NCBI RefSeq assembly: GCF_052425735.1 | Contig: NC_135759.1 | Location: 28,520,001-28,584,000 of the forward strand | Reading direction: 5' to 3' | Origin: Oculina patagonica | Taxonomy: Eukaryota | DNA: 64,000 bases | Shown: positions 1 through 12,857 of the stretch, piece after piece | Position numbering within the stretch: position 1 is the first letter of the stretch | How the letters are laid out: every line of letters begins with the position of its first letter | Program-made: the position numbers and the translations under genes | The notes under the pieces: generated by a model | What the model was told of the DNA's origin: nothing | Databases searched by the model: none | The model's input: only the letters and a program-made list of their open reading frames with translations

Positions 1-1208
1 GAATCGCTGAGAAAAGTTCGGTATTTTGGAAAAGTGGTCGCTTAGGAGCAAAAATCGACAGAGAGTCTCGACTGTCTTGACTGTTCTCGTGACAGTGGTC
101 TTGAAGATCGATCACTCGTTCTTGGTTGACAAATCTTTCCATTTGCCTTAAAGCCGTACACGGAGCCACCTTTAACAAATTTAATTTTTTGAAGAAAACC
201 TGTTTGTAAAAAAACTATAACGTAGACTTCTAGGCCAATCAACATGACCATGGGTAGGAATCAGCGAGAAATCATCTCCGAATAATTACTCGTGACTCAT
301 TCAGTGAACAACTGCACTTGATCGACTTGCCAACATACTGATAGATCTCAAAACTTACCTTCAAATACCAGAGAGAAATTCTTTTAGTATTTGTCTATAT
401 ATCCATGCCCCGGCGTAAACAAACGAAAACGCCGCTCGTGTGAACATTATGTTCGATTTCCCCCCAATCTACTACTTATACTTGATAATTATGCTTAAAA
501 GTTTGAGTCTATTTTTGTCTCGTTCTATGCTTGGCTGCTGATGCGAAAGACTTAGTTCTTCACCTCACTTCGTTTCGTGTACGAGAGCCTGGTCTGTGGG
601 ATAGTATTAGCTGATAAACCTATAGGTTGAGATTTCATGTACGACTTTTGTGTTTTCGCTTTTCTTTAAAGAGAGATATTGTAGTGTTGTAGTGCTTCTC
701 CGGCGATCGGCGGTAAAGTAAAATCACGCTTCAGTAACTTTTATAATAGCACCCCTTCAGGCTACAGATTCGATTATCATTCAAACACCACAACACTTGA
801 AAGAAAACCGCTAACAATGCCTTTTGCATGTGGTAGTATACTTCACACAATGTGCATACCTATGATCGGTTATTTAATAGTCCTCTTTAGCTACGTATAT
901 GAATTGCCCATTGTAGATCATGAGAATTGTCCCTTTGACTAGCTGAATAGTATTCAGTCATTTTCACGTGAATTTGTTTGAGTTTGAAAGAGATAATTCT
1001 GAAGGGCAACATCACGTGGTCTACAATGGGACAACAAACAAACGAAGCTAAAGAGGTCTATTCAATCCCTTTCACATCAGCTGTGCATTAGTCATGCACA
1101 GAGAGAGAGAGAACACACCACGAGGAAAATACACCACGTCCCACTGAGAGGGAGGGGGGGGGGGGTGTTAATGGAATGCCTTCCCTGGCATTTCGATGTG
1201 GTTTTTAA

Positions 1209-1274
1209 CCGCCGACTGGTTAGCTCAGTTGGTAGAGCGCCAACTACAATGCAGGAGGTCTTGGAGCCGCAGAA

Positions 1275-1306
<32 letters not shown>

Positions 1307-1370
1307 AGACAATGTGCTGCCTTTGCAATGACATCTACAAATGGTTAGATTTCCTAGTCTTCTCGGACCG
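1209..1370 (+). mobile_element. tRNA-derived SINE
   Basis: A-box head GGTTAGCTCAGTTGGTAGAGC with a degraded B box, followed by a non-tRNA body. Confidence 0.7.
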
Positions 1371-1539
1371 TAGGCTACGCCTCCTGCATCTTCACTGTTA
1401 TAGTCGGCAGGGGACGTTAAACAACTCACGCACGAAATTTTCCAGTGTCTCTCTCCTCCGCAGAGGCTCCTTCGGTCCCCAGGCTCCGCGCGCTTTCTTT
1501 TCACATCTCCCCATTTCCCAGCCCAAACGAAAAAATAGA

Positions 1540-1740
1540 TGTAGTGGTGACAGTATAAAAATCGTTTCAGATATAACGCCTTTTTGCTTTACTGAAAAAA
1601 AAACATGGCAGCCCAGGTAGTTTTTCTTGATTTTGAGAAAGCCTTCGATTCAATGCCTAGAGGTGTTTAATTTTGGCCCACAATTAAGACAGTGGATCAC
1701 GGTTTTATATAACGACATCACAAGCTGCGTCTTGTACAAC
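1540..1740 (+). pseudogene. Degraded L1/Tx1 RT fragment
   Basis: Encodes FLDFEKAFDS and FNFGPQLRQWITVLYNDITSCVL with frameshifts. Resembles the ORF2 segment at 60320-60460. Confidence 0.75.
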
Positions 1741-2651
1741 CGTTTAACAACTAACTGACCGCGTAAATGCCCGCACTACTTATTGAAAAATGGTCATTGT
1801 ATTTATCACGCACATAAGGGCGAGTCCTACTAAAGCTGCCAAGAAAAAAAGTATAATCTAAATTAGATACTTTTCCAAAGACCCTGAGAGAAAGTGCAAT
1901 TGCGACTGTAATGGGTGATCATCAGAGCAAGCCAGACCCTCGCTCAAGTTTGTCTTTATTGTAATGTACTGAACGATCGTTTATGCCGGCAACGTACATA
2001 AAACCTTCGATATAGCATGGGGGTGCGTCAATTTTCTTCATTTCTTTCCCTTGTAATTTTTAAAGAACCCATCCGAAAGAAAGGGGGATTCCGGTTATTT
2101 TTGACATGATCATAGCCCCAAATGCAACATCTAAGAATTGGAATTTTTGGTAAACCAGCACGTCAAAACACCATTGGATGGCAACGTCAGGAACCGTCAC
2201 CAACCAGTTGTCAAAGTGAAAAAACCTCACGGGAGGGGTGGCACTCACTCCACCCCTTGTGCGTCCGAGGGCTAAATCGCCGTAAAATTTGCCTTGCTGC
2301 CAGTGAAAAGCTAAAGGTACAGGAAAGTGTAGAAGATATGCTTAAATGCCACTTTGATAATGGTTGTGGAAATTCTTTGAGTTAAATAGCCTTCGTGAAG
2401 AATAATACAGTTGCACATAATTATTTGTTTATTCAGTTAAAGCAAATTGAAACCAATGTGTACACTGTAAATTTGAGATACACGCAACTGCCATTGTAAC
2501 TAGAACCCTGTTAGAAATTACACGTTCCATTTATTACACAAAGAAACCAACTGGATTGGTCTTGATTTCGTTTTTTTTTTCAAAGCATCATGAAATGCAG
2601 ATAGACATAATTTTAGATCATATTTGAGTTTAACCAATCTTTCAACAGATT

Positions 2652-5600
2652 TCATTCAAAAACATGAACGCAGTTGTCAGCTGGATCAGTGACAAGTAAT
2701 TGTCCGTTCTTTGAGATGGCAACAGACCAAGGTACCACATGTTTAGTGAGCTGTTGCCCAACTTCGTTGACAAACTCTCCATCCAGTGTAAACGCTCGTA
2801 GTCTTTGGTTGTCATAGTCACAAACGATCAGGTTGTTAAACCTGTCAACAGCAAATCCAAAAGGACCCTTTAACTGCCTAGCACGAGGTCCCTCACTACC
2901 AATATCATAGAGAAACAAACCTTCCTTACTGAACGCCTTTACGCAATGAACTCCATCATAGGACACAAAAAACATGTCTTGGTGAAAAACAGCGAACCAA
3001 GGGGACTCATCACAGTCTGGAGCACTGAAGGACTGTAACACTTCTGCACCGTCGGGGGAGAGGACCTTTACTGCTTTGTCGCCACTGTCACACACAATCA
3101 TGCAATCATTACGTGCAATAGATAACGCCCACGGAGACTTCAACCGGTCATTGGTGATATGCTTTATAAACTGACAACTTTCGGTGAACACCGAAATGGT
3201 ACCGGAATGGACAACAACGATTTCACCAGACCTGGTGAATGCTACTGAGAACGGCTCGTTAAGTCTCTCGGAGCCATCTCCCTTGTGACCAAATTCTCTC
3301 AAGAAATTGCCATCGGATGTGAACAGTTGAACTCTGTTATTTTGACAGTCTGCAACCGCAATGTTCCCTGTTTTGTTACACACTGCAATGTCAAATGGAT
3401 CGTCAAACTGTCCCCGTCCTGTCCCACCTGAGCCAAATTGATACACATGTTTGTACTGGTGTGCAGACACCTGAACACTCCAGGGACTACCAGTCAGCGG
3501 CTGGCCGTTAACAGCCATGATCACGTGATGCTGCCCAGGGCAATTTGGTGTGAAATGCACAATATATCTGCCATCTTGCTTGTTTTCGATCGTCTTTTCT
3601 AGATCTTCCCCCAACGGAGTCTTTACCGTAACTGCCACTTGGTCGTTCTTGTAATAGCACATTCTCCCCTCGAAATCTTTTGTTACGATGGCAAAATCGG
3701 TTTCTCTGCCAACGTCCCCTCCTTCGAAAGCTTTGCCTTCTGCCACTGATTGCAAAGAATTTGTAAAACTAACAATTACCTGACCCGGAAGTGTCTGCAG
3801 TACAGTTTGAATAGCTCCTTCATTTGTCACGTAACTGACATGCCATGGTCTGTAAATATTCATTTTTTCAACATTCAGAAGTCTTTGACAACGTTCAACA
3901 GCACTCTGTTGTTTCTGTAGAATTTCAAGACTGTTGTTTCTTTTCAGGATGGCTTCACAGTATTCCACGTTACTTTTTAACTGCGTGACAAGCAACCGGA
4001 ACTGTTCTTGCTGCATTGCGTGACTTCTTTGTTGTTCGTCATCAAGGGCATCTAACTCGGCCATGATGGCCATTTCATGTTCCTTTACAACTCGAATCAC
4101 TTGCTCAGCAGTTGTACGCGCATTTTTGCGGGCTAAAGCGATGTCTTCTCTCGTGCTTTTCAAAAACTCAGTTCCCTTTCTCATCTGTTTTTCAAAGTCG
4201 TCGATCTGTGTTTTTACATTCTGGAGAAACTCTTCCATTAGGACCTTGCTTTCATCAGCGGCAAGTTGTGTTTTCACTATGGTGTGACGATGATGCGTTA
4301 TGAGTGCACACTTGTTGCAAATACAGATTTGGCATTCTCGGCAGTAATATTCAAGTTGTTCATGTTCGTGATATTCTTCACCACACATGATAGGTCGGTT
4401 CATCCTCTCCAGCTCTTCTAACTTGAAACCTTTCAGAGATGGAAAACGAGATATCTTACTGAAATTCATCAAAAATTATTCAAAGTACACTCCAACCTCA
4501 ACAAAATTCGTAAAGATACATTTCCTGCAAAAGAAAGAACCCCATCCTTCCCCTTGGGCTTATGTCATTATTTTCCCTGGAGGGACCGACCTCCAGGGTA
4601 ATGGCGACCTTAATAGGGTGATCCTACGGGATGTAAGTAGAGAACAAATTTAAAGTTTAAACAGTAATGCCTCTTTCCATTTGAGAGTAAACCAACTAAA
4701 ACAACTGGCCGGGTTGTTAGAAAGACAATTTTCGCTAATCCTGGGCCTGTTGTTCAAAGTAGGATTAAGTCTTTTGACATTTCAGTGAGGTTCTGTTTTT
4801 ATGTTCTGTCCTCCAGTTTTGATGTCGACTTATTTCAAACTTCACAAAACATAAACAATTAAACACCTTTATACAAGAGAAATTGAACCCTCGATCAACT
4901 TTTAATCCTGGGTTAGTGTGAAACGGCTTTCGAACAATCCAACTCAGGGTTACAAATTAACCGAGATTCTAATTTCCATTGTATAGAAATGTTTAAATAA
5001 TAATGAATTGATGTCTCGAGAGAAAGAACTCAGAGCAAATTCTAAGTTCACAGATGGGACTGTGAAATGAAATGTTTTCACTGCTAATGACGCTAATGGT
5101 TTGTGGTTTTGGCATTGGTCAATACCAAAAGTAAAGGACTAATTACTTAAACAAACATCTGTGCCAACGGCAAGAAGTGGTCAATCGCGCTTCGTACAGC
5201 CGGGCCCTGGGGATAATTTAATTTTCTTTCAAACGAACCTTCAAAGCCGATTTCCTTTCTGGACGCGAAGCTTGATGCCGTCAAGGCATCAAGCTTTTTC
5301 CTGACGTTTCTAATTTCGCTTCCAATTTCATTCAGCTGATCTTTTACGTTGTCTTCATCCTTCTTCCATTGGCTTAGAAGTTCTTTGTAGTGATCTTCAA
5401 TTTCAGGATCCATGCACTCAGTTTCCAGATTGTCGATAGCTGCTCTGTACTGAACTCCTCCCAGTCTCACCAGAGTATCCCGGATGTCTTGCCAGTATGT
5501 GTTAAACGTTGCGTCATCAACCGAAGCGTGCTCGGCATGAGCGTACACGGTGTTTCTAAAATACTTGACACGGGCAATATCTGCTTCACGACTCACGTCT

Positions 5601-5944
5601 GTTAAAGCAGGAAATGTGTCCCAGCCAGTTGCTGGAGAAGGTAAGCCACAGATGTTTCGCAACAGAACCATCAAAAGAGTGATGTCAAAGTCTCTTGAAG
5701 ACACCGAATTAGGGATAGCAGGAAAGAGCTTTCCCCATTGTGTTGGATTAATAATTTTCCTTGTTCTGAGCGTTTGCAACGTGGTTTTATTTCCCGCTAA
5801 GACTGTGTGAAGATTTGCTGGTGGGTGGATGGCATCGAAAGTGCCTCTGAGGGCCTGAGTACCAACATCAACCAGCAGACGACACAAGCGAGCGTAGTTT
5901 GTTGTCTCCTTGGTGGATAACGTTGCTGGTGAGGAACAAGCCAT
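2652..5944 (-). CDS. HEPN(DZIP3-type)-B-box-coiled coil-filamin-NHL protein, copy 1 (RING-less TRIM-NHL-like, ~827 aa; exons 5944-5239 and 4429-2652)
   Basis: Exon 1 has the HEPN R-x5-H motif (RVKYFRNTVYAH) and FDITLLMVLLRNIC, typical of DZIP3-like HEPN. Donor GAAG|GTTCGT at 5239/5238 and acceptor ctgaaag|GT at 4430/4429 are both phase 1. Exon 2 has a B-box (CGEEYH..YYCRECQICICNKC..HHRH), heptad-rich coil, filamin end (VNGQPLTGSPWSVQV) and NHL repeats (GQFDDPFDIAV, NNRVQLF). Confidence 0.88.
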
Positions 5945-6843
5945 TAGAAAAACGTGTCACTGGTTGAAAAATAACAGAAATAGCATACGATTAGGAACGA
6001 TAGTTAAAACTGCGGAACATAAGACCGCCAAAGGCTGTTTTCTTGTTTTTATTGTGCGCGTTTTAACACAATCTAAGAGTTCAAAACTGGCTTGACTTGT
6101 CTTAACATCAACAGTGTCGATCGCGAGTATGAAGGGAGGAATTACGCCTAGCTTTTTCCTACTTCAAAATAAATGTAGCCTAGTATTCATAAGGTAAGTT
6201 TACAAGGTAAAAACAAGCTTTACACCAGTGGCAAGATTCAGGGAGCTTGCCCCCACTTTAAGATACATCCCAAGTCTTACTGCGGTACAATGATCCTTTT
6301 TTATAATCCATCCGAAAACAAGCCTTCCCCCCTAAAAAAGCTCCCCAGATCTTGAACGCAAAAATCCATCCAAAAATAAGCCATCTCGAATATTAATTGG
6401 TCCATGGGCTTGTACAGCTTTTGAGAAAATCGATGCGGTTTTCCATGATTTCTGTTGACTTCGCATCCATACGACCATATCTGCAGTTGTCAAAACCGGG
6501 GATTTCAATAGCAGACAGCAACAGCCAAGAATCACTTTCTAGCTGACGAGACATTCCAAGAATCGAAGTGAAGCCGCACTCGCCTCGCTTTCATATACTC
6601 GACCCAAACTCCTCCGCGCGTTCCTAGTGTAGTGCTTGTCTTGTATTTTAAGTTGTCAGAGAATGCTCAGAGTCCTGTAATGTTTGTTAATAGACTGTAA
6701 GACTTGTTTCGGGCTTCCTATCGTTACGCCTAGAGAGTTTTATCATGTGGTATTCTCGTCTACAGCAAAAAATGTTCCGATACAGTATCCTGTCCAAATA
6801 CCATAACTTGTTGATAATGAAATGTCTAACACAATTTAATTAA

Positions 6844-8126
6844 CCCTCGGCGTGGGGGGGGGGGGGGGAAGAGAATTTACTCTAAACCTCTTAGACCTTC
6901 CAATAGCTGTTTATTCATCCTTTGCTCAAATCTTGATATGTCAATCATGTGTCCACGATATTTGACGTTTCCATGGCAACGTCATAATTACATGCAGGTC
7001 TTGCCAAAAATCGTCATTTTTAACATTTTTCTTTATTTTTCCAGTTTTATGAAACAGAATTGAAAGATTTGTTTATTTTTACATTCCATATGCATTCTGG
7101 CTTGATTTTGCGTCAATTTCCTTTATTTTCTGCTTTTCTAAGAAAATGGTGAAATCCAAGATGGCGGCCCTAATAACGTCACATCCAACAAAAAAATATC
7201 TCATCTTGAAGAGTACGCTACGGGCGTTCTACTCAGTGCAAAATAATCTCACTGCCCCTTAATACAACGAAAACCCTGGGGAGGGGTTCCATCCAACCCC
7301 CCTTTTCAGGCGCGTAGCTGAAGTTTTTGTAAGGGTGTTCGTATTGACAGGAATAATTATTAAGGGGGGGTTATTTAATACGAGCGCCGAAAGCGCGAGC
7401 GTCTAGGGGGATCTGGGGGCATGTCCCCCCAGAATATTTTGAATCTAGAGGCCCGGAAATGCTATTTTCAGCATTGTGTACGTCAAACTCGATGGAGTGT
7501 AAAATAACAGGTATTTTAAGTCATAACAACAATATTTCCGGCGTTTTGTTAACTTGATACATTCATACATACATACCGGCTTAGTACACTAAACGTTTTA
7601 CAAAAGCTTGACGTGTGCTGCAAAGGTTAAGTCCCCACCCCGGCTCCACCTTCAATGTACTAAAAGCGGCGTAAAATCGTCAATATGCACTAAATACACC
7701 ATAGTTAGTACTAACTATGAATGCACGTATCACCTGGGTCCCCCGAAATTGTAATCCCCGCATTTTGTTTATTGATACTCCATTTATCAACTCCCGGACG
7801 CCTGTTAAGGAAATACTTTTTCAGCAATGGGATTATTTTGACTACATATAATACTAGGGCACTAAGATCCATTCTCCTAACAATTTAATACGTTCCCGAT
7901 ACTTTTAGCGTTTTCGTGCAGGGTAATTTAAAAGCTGCAACTCTCAAAGTTTGTTTTCCATTCCCCCACTATTTGCTAAAAGCTGAAAATCAACAGTTTG
8001 TGTTTTCGGTCCTCCATTATTGACCTCCAAAGGGGGTTCGTTCGAACCCCTCGAACCCCCCCCCCCCCCTCCTACGCGCCTGCTTTTCCAATGGTGGGGG
8101 TCTGAATTTGCTTTTACGTCCGGGGG
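6844..8126. mobile_element. TTAA-flanked (piggyBac-like) MITE containing a nested MITE
   Basis: TTAA at 6840-43 and 8127-30; termini CCCTCGGCGT / ACGTCCGGGGG. Confidence 0.65.
7307..8082. mobile_element. Nested non-autonomous DNA transposon
   Basis: TIR CAGGCGCGTAG / CTACGCGCCTG, flanked by a CTTTT duplication. Confidence 0.75.
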
Positions 8127-9478
8127 TTAATAGCTAGTCTGCTGCACCTTTGATGGGATGTGGCGCGGCCAATTGCAGCCCAAGACAACTGATGGAAAAT
8201 ATTAAACATATATCATAGCGCAATTTTCGAAACTAACTTAAGTGTGCACTAAACAAATAATTGTCTGACTTGTTGCTATTCATTAGGCAAACGTATTAAT
8301 TAATGGGTTGGATAAATCCTCTCATACTGTGTTATAACACTTGAAAATATTGTTTTGACCCAGATAACATCAAACTTAAGCACCAAGTTTAGCTTCCTAT
8401 TGGTTTGATCACTGGACTGAAGAACACCTCGGGCGATTTGTCTTTCTCGAATCGACTGGTTCGTTTAAAGGATTGCGATGAATGACAATACTTTAAAACC
8501 TGTGCACTGTTCGGAAAACACGCGAATAGAATATTGCACCAAATTTTGGGTTTGTTTCAAGTTTTGCCATTTCTTATCGCTGGAGCATTTATAAACTGCT
8601 AAATGTTTGCAGTTAAGTCCCGTGATCCAAACGAAGCGTAACATTTATTCATAAATAAAAAATGAATATATTAACTTGATTGCAATTTCGTCGCAAAACT
8701 TCTTAGTTTAACTTCTAAGTACAGAAACCTAGTTTTCTTGTCCCCACCAGATATGTCTGATAACCTGCGCTTTTTCTTGAGCATATTTCAATATCAATCA
8801 ATCATGTCAAATAAAAAAATAACGCCAATAACATACAACAGGCGACCCTAGTTGTCTAATTTGGAAGTTAGTTTGGTGCATGTGATTTGTCGTAAATTCA
8901 GATTACGGAGCCCTGTAACACAATAATTCCCGAAAGAACGGAAGTGACCTCTTAGTCTGAAGCTTTCTAGAACAGTTCTAGAGATGACAACCTTGCCAAC
9001 TTGTACCTGACAACCCTGCCAAATTATCACATTTTTCTGTAACAATTCTGAGCATCGCTCGTTTTGTTGATTAGCATTTGAGTCCCGCTTTAAAAGACCG
9101 AAGTAATAAACGACTTCATGGCATTCACGCCAACAAACCCTGTCGCGTGTTTTTCTTTAAATTCCTGATTTATATATTTGTTGCCACGGGTTCTGGATAT
9201 AGAAAAACAAAATCGGCACTGCTTGTGGGCCTTAAATAAGTATCATCGCTAAATATCACTGTTGAAATTTGCACAGAAGAAATAGAATGTATAGAAGCCG
9301 ACGTGTAAGGTCACATCATGCCTACCATATCATGGTATTATATTTATCCTTTCACGAAATACAAGCGTGAATAAAATTTAAAAAGGCAGAGATACACTAC
9401 GTATCCCCTCTACTTTCATGTTTCGCTAGCACATTAATTAATTAATTAAGGTGCATTTTCAGCAACACCAGGGGATTA

Positions 9479-9788
9479 AAGCCTGGTTTCCATATGATCG
9501 CAGACGATCGCAATGGATCGCAGACGATCGCAGAATTGTAGGTTCTGCGATCTGCGATCATATGGAAACACACTTTTGCGATCGTTTGCGATCGTCTTAT
9601 CCCATAATATTGATAATCGATCCCATCATTCAACACTTCTGCAATCGTCTGCGATCATTTGCGGGGGGGATCATATGGAAACAGTTCGCTCTTCGATCTT
9701 TGCGATCACACGGTTCAGTAAATTTCTGTGATTTTGCGATCGTCTGCGATCCACTGCGATCGTCTGCGATCATATGGAAACCAGGCTT
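9479..9788. mobile_element. Palindromic MITE (Harbinger-like)
   Basis: TIR AGCCTGGTTTCCATATGATCGCAGACGATCGCA at both ends, internal GCGATC repeats, TA/TWA flanks. Confidence 0.8.
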
Positions 9789-10090
9789 TAGTTACGATTT
9801 AGATCGATTTATAACAACCCGTTTACGAAACCGTGAAAGGGCCGATCATGCGATCTGTTTTCGGCATCCACATGTCGATTTGAGAACAAGGAGGAAAACT
9901 GTTACGCGATTTCTCAAAGTTGTTATCGATAATAAGGAGCACATAAACTACAAATGCGATACTAACCTGCAATCTCACAAATCGTGTGAACAAATGAAGG
10001 AAACGCTGGGATGAGCGACCGCTACTTCGTTGTCGATTCGTTGAATCACAAGATCAACTTTGCTTCTAAGGTCACACAAGGTTAGAAAGC

Positions 10091-10703
10091 CACAGGCGGC
10101 CCAAGCTCACAATTAGAGGAGTTAAAATATTTAACATAATTGTCTTTTGTAACCGTTCGCGAAACGTGACTCTCGACCGGCAGCATATGGAGGTGTTGTG
10201 TTACAACGGTTCTCGTTTATAAAGGTTTGTATGGGAGAATACGCTTTCGAATTTATAGCTAAATATAATGCGATTTTGACAATAAAATCAACTTACCTCA
10301 ATGTCCTGTCGTTACTTGTCTGTTGTTACCTCGGTTCTCAGGCCGATCCGAGGCGTTTTAAGCGAGTTATGCAATTTTTGGTTTCCACTACTTCTTCTTA
10401 GCAGTGGAAACCAAAAATTGCATAACTCGCTTAAAACGCCTCGGATCGGCCTGAGAACCGAGGTAACAACAGACATAACGACAGGACATTGAGGTAAGTT
10501 GATTTTATTGTCAAAATCTCATTATATTTAGCTATAAATTCGAAAGCGTATTCTCCCATACAAACCTTTATAAACGAGAATTAACCGTTGTAACACAACA
10601 CCTCCATATGCTGCCGGTCGAGAGTCACGTTTCGCGTACGGTTACAAAAGACAATTATGTTAAATATTTTAACTCCTCTAATTGTGAGCTTGGGCCGCCT
10701 GTG
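10091..10703. repeat. Near-perfect ~610-bp palindrome (two ~300-bp arms, ~7-nt loop at ~10393-10399)
   Basis: 10402-10703 is the reverse complement of 10091-10392, with a few mismatches and a 4-nt indel. Confidence 0.95.
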
Positions 10704-11202
10704 ATCAACTTTGCTTCAAAGGTCACACAAGAGTTGAGCATCATGTGATCTGCGTCACGCAACGTTAAAATATGGTACCTTTGCTGATTATGTTCCTCAT
10801 TTATAGTCCAATGACCGAAAACTGTAGATTTCTCTCTGCCAAAACCGCCATATTATCCAACATGCCTATTGTAACAGCACTCAGTCTGAAAACAGTTCTA
10901 TCTTAATAGTTTTAGGAATTTTATTTATGTTTTGAAGTATTTTATGCTCTCTTGACACAAGTAGTGGAATCCTGATTACTTGCACTGCTTGCACCTCCTG
11001 ACCGAGTGATTGATCCGAAGCTAAATTTGAAAATAAGATAACCATCGTTTCAGTTTAATATGCCGTAAAATTGCCGATAAAACAGCTTTATAAGGACTTA
11101 TGAGTGGCCAGTAATGGGCTCCTGGAGTGGCTTATGGGGAAGCATATACATCAGTCATTTTCCGTGAGGCCGGGGCTGGGAGTTACGAATCAGCGCTCTG
11201 GA

Positions 11203-11613
11203 CTTGTCAGTGGTCCCCTATTTTATGAGTCAAATGATTCTATGAGTCATGAGTCAATGAGTCAAGCTGATTTTTACACAAAGAAGGATATTATCTATTG
11301 AACCATGGTTTACCTTTATACAAGTAAGCTTACAAGCACTTCACATTGCTTACGGTAAATTCTACTCTGGTTTGCTTGCGGTTAGTTGCACTCCCGTTTG
11401 CTTGCCGTTAGTTCCACTCCGGTTTGCTTGCGGTTAGTTTCACTCCGGTTTGCTTGCGGTTAATTAGTTCCACTCTGGTTTGCTTGCGGTTAGCTTTAAT
11501 TTGTTAGTAAGGGTAGCACTATTTTTAAATTTATAACTCTAGTTTAAGATTTGACTCATTGACTCATGACTCATGACTCACTGACTCATTTGACTCATAA
11601 AAACTTTACTCTC
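11203..11613. mobile_element. Insertion with a 9-bp TSD, subterminal inverted repeats and an internal 26-bp minisatellite
   Basis: CGCTCTGGA at 11194-11202 and 11614-11622. TTTTATGAGTCAAATGA / TTTGACTCATAAAA inverted repeat. About 5 copies of TTCCACTCCGGTTTGCTTGCGGTTAG at ~11360-11495. Confidence 0.65.
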
Positions 11614-11865
11614 CGCTCTGGAACAACATTGAAACTCTAATAAGAGATGTATTGTACTGGAGAAAGCTTCTCTAAATACTTAACGCTTTGATCTGCACTT
11701 AATTTGCCAATTTTTTGTTAATTGCCTATTTTGCAATTTGAGGGTAGTGGGGAAGGGGGTGCAAAGCACGTTACGGTGTTTTTGTTACGGTGCAAAGCAC
11801 TACAGTGTAATCAATATAATGGTTCTGCAGATACCACTATTTAAAATTCCCACCACGAAGTCATG

Positions 11866-12105
11866 GGGAGGCATGGTGGCCTAATGGTGAGCGCACTGGA
11901 CTCCGGATCGAGCGGTCCGGGCTCGAGCCTGGCCGGGGTCATTGTGTTGTGTTCTTGGTTAAGACACTTTACTCTCAAAGTGCCTCTCTCCACACAGGTG
12001 ATGGACTAGCATCCCATCCAGGGGGGAGTAGTCGTTTCATGCTACAGAAACCCGGATAAGCTCTGGCCTGTATGGGCCACTAGGCTCGACGCAGATCTAA
12101 CCTAC
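11866..12105 (+). mobile_element. tRNA-derived SINE
   Basis: GGTGGCCTAATGGTGAGCGCACTGGACTCCGGATCGAGCGGTCCGGG head and TTGTGTTCTTGG..GACACTTTACTCTC core. Related copies at 34090-34160 and 40180-40380. Confidence 0.8.
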
Positions 12106-12539
12106 CACGAAGTCATTAGGTTAAACGAGCCACTTTTTCTTTTACGTTTTATTTGATGAATTAAGACAGACAGAGTAGGGTAGAATGAGAAACAGGACGT
12201 ACACGCTTTGCTCAATAAAATATACTTTTGCCGAATTCCGGTATTTTATTTTTGTTAGAATACTGAAAAAACTAGAACTGAAAATTTTAGGCAGTAAAAA
12301 ACTGGCCATGATTTTCCTTTTTTCCATCGAGTTAAGACACTAAGCGTGTTCTATTGGAAATCCGCGCATCCGACTGGTTCTCCCATCGTTGTCTATTCGC
12401 TATTATAAAAAACTAGCAATGATATATTGCAATTCCTGAGTTTTGATTGGTTGACAGACAATGGTATATGAGCTGATATACCATTGCCCACCAAAATGGT
12501 AACTCAAATATTGCAATTCTAAGGGCGTTTATAATAAAA

Positions 12540-12573
<34 letters not shown>

Positions 12574-12857
12574 CGTTATAGCCAACTCGGCAACACGCGC
12601 TCGTGGAAAAATTGTTAAATAGTACACGATCGTTGACCTTAAAATATTTTTCTGGGAGCGATAGTCAACTGGAAAACCTTTGACTCGTAGTCTAATCATG
12701 TCTACTGAATTGTTAGAACGAAACACGGATTTTTGCGTGCGTAATCTTACAGGGTACTTTCCAAAACTAAATGAATAAAGTGTTTTTTAAGAATGACCGT
12801 AAATGACTGTTCTCACAATACAGTCGATTTTCACTTAAAACAATGAATTTCTGACCT

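Noticed and set aside
1209-1290. tRNA gene
   Set aside because: Only the A-box/D-arm half is tRNA-like. There is no T-arm or acceptor stem, and it continues into a SINE body.
2652-4472. Calling the NHL ORFs TRIM71/lin-41, TRIM2 or TRIM3
   Set aside because: No RING, a single B-box, divergent NHL blades and lineage-specific triplication. No gene symbol is justified.
5147-5944. HEPN ORFs as stand-alone genes or as DZIP3 E3 ligase orthologues
   Set aside because: Conserved donors and in-frame acceptors link them to the TRIM exon, and no RING or other DZIP3 regions are present.
9451-10014. 187-aa ORF
   Set aside because: Arises from a palindromic MITE; repetitive translation with no domain.
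11360-11495. CRISPR-like array
   Set aside because: Head-to-tail 26-bp minisatellite without unique spacers, in eukaryotic DNA.
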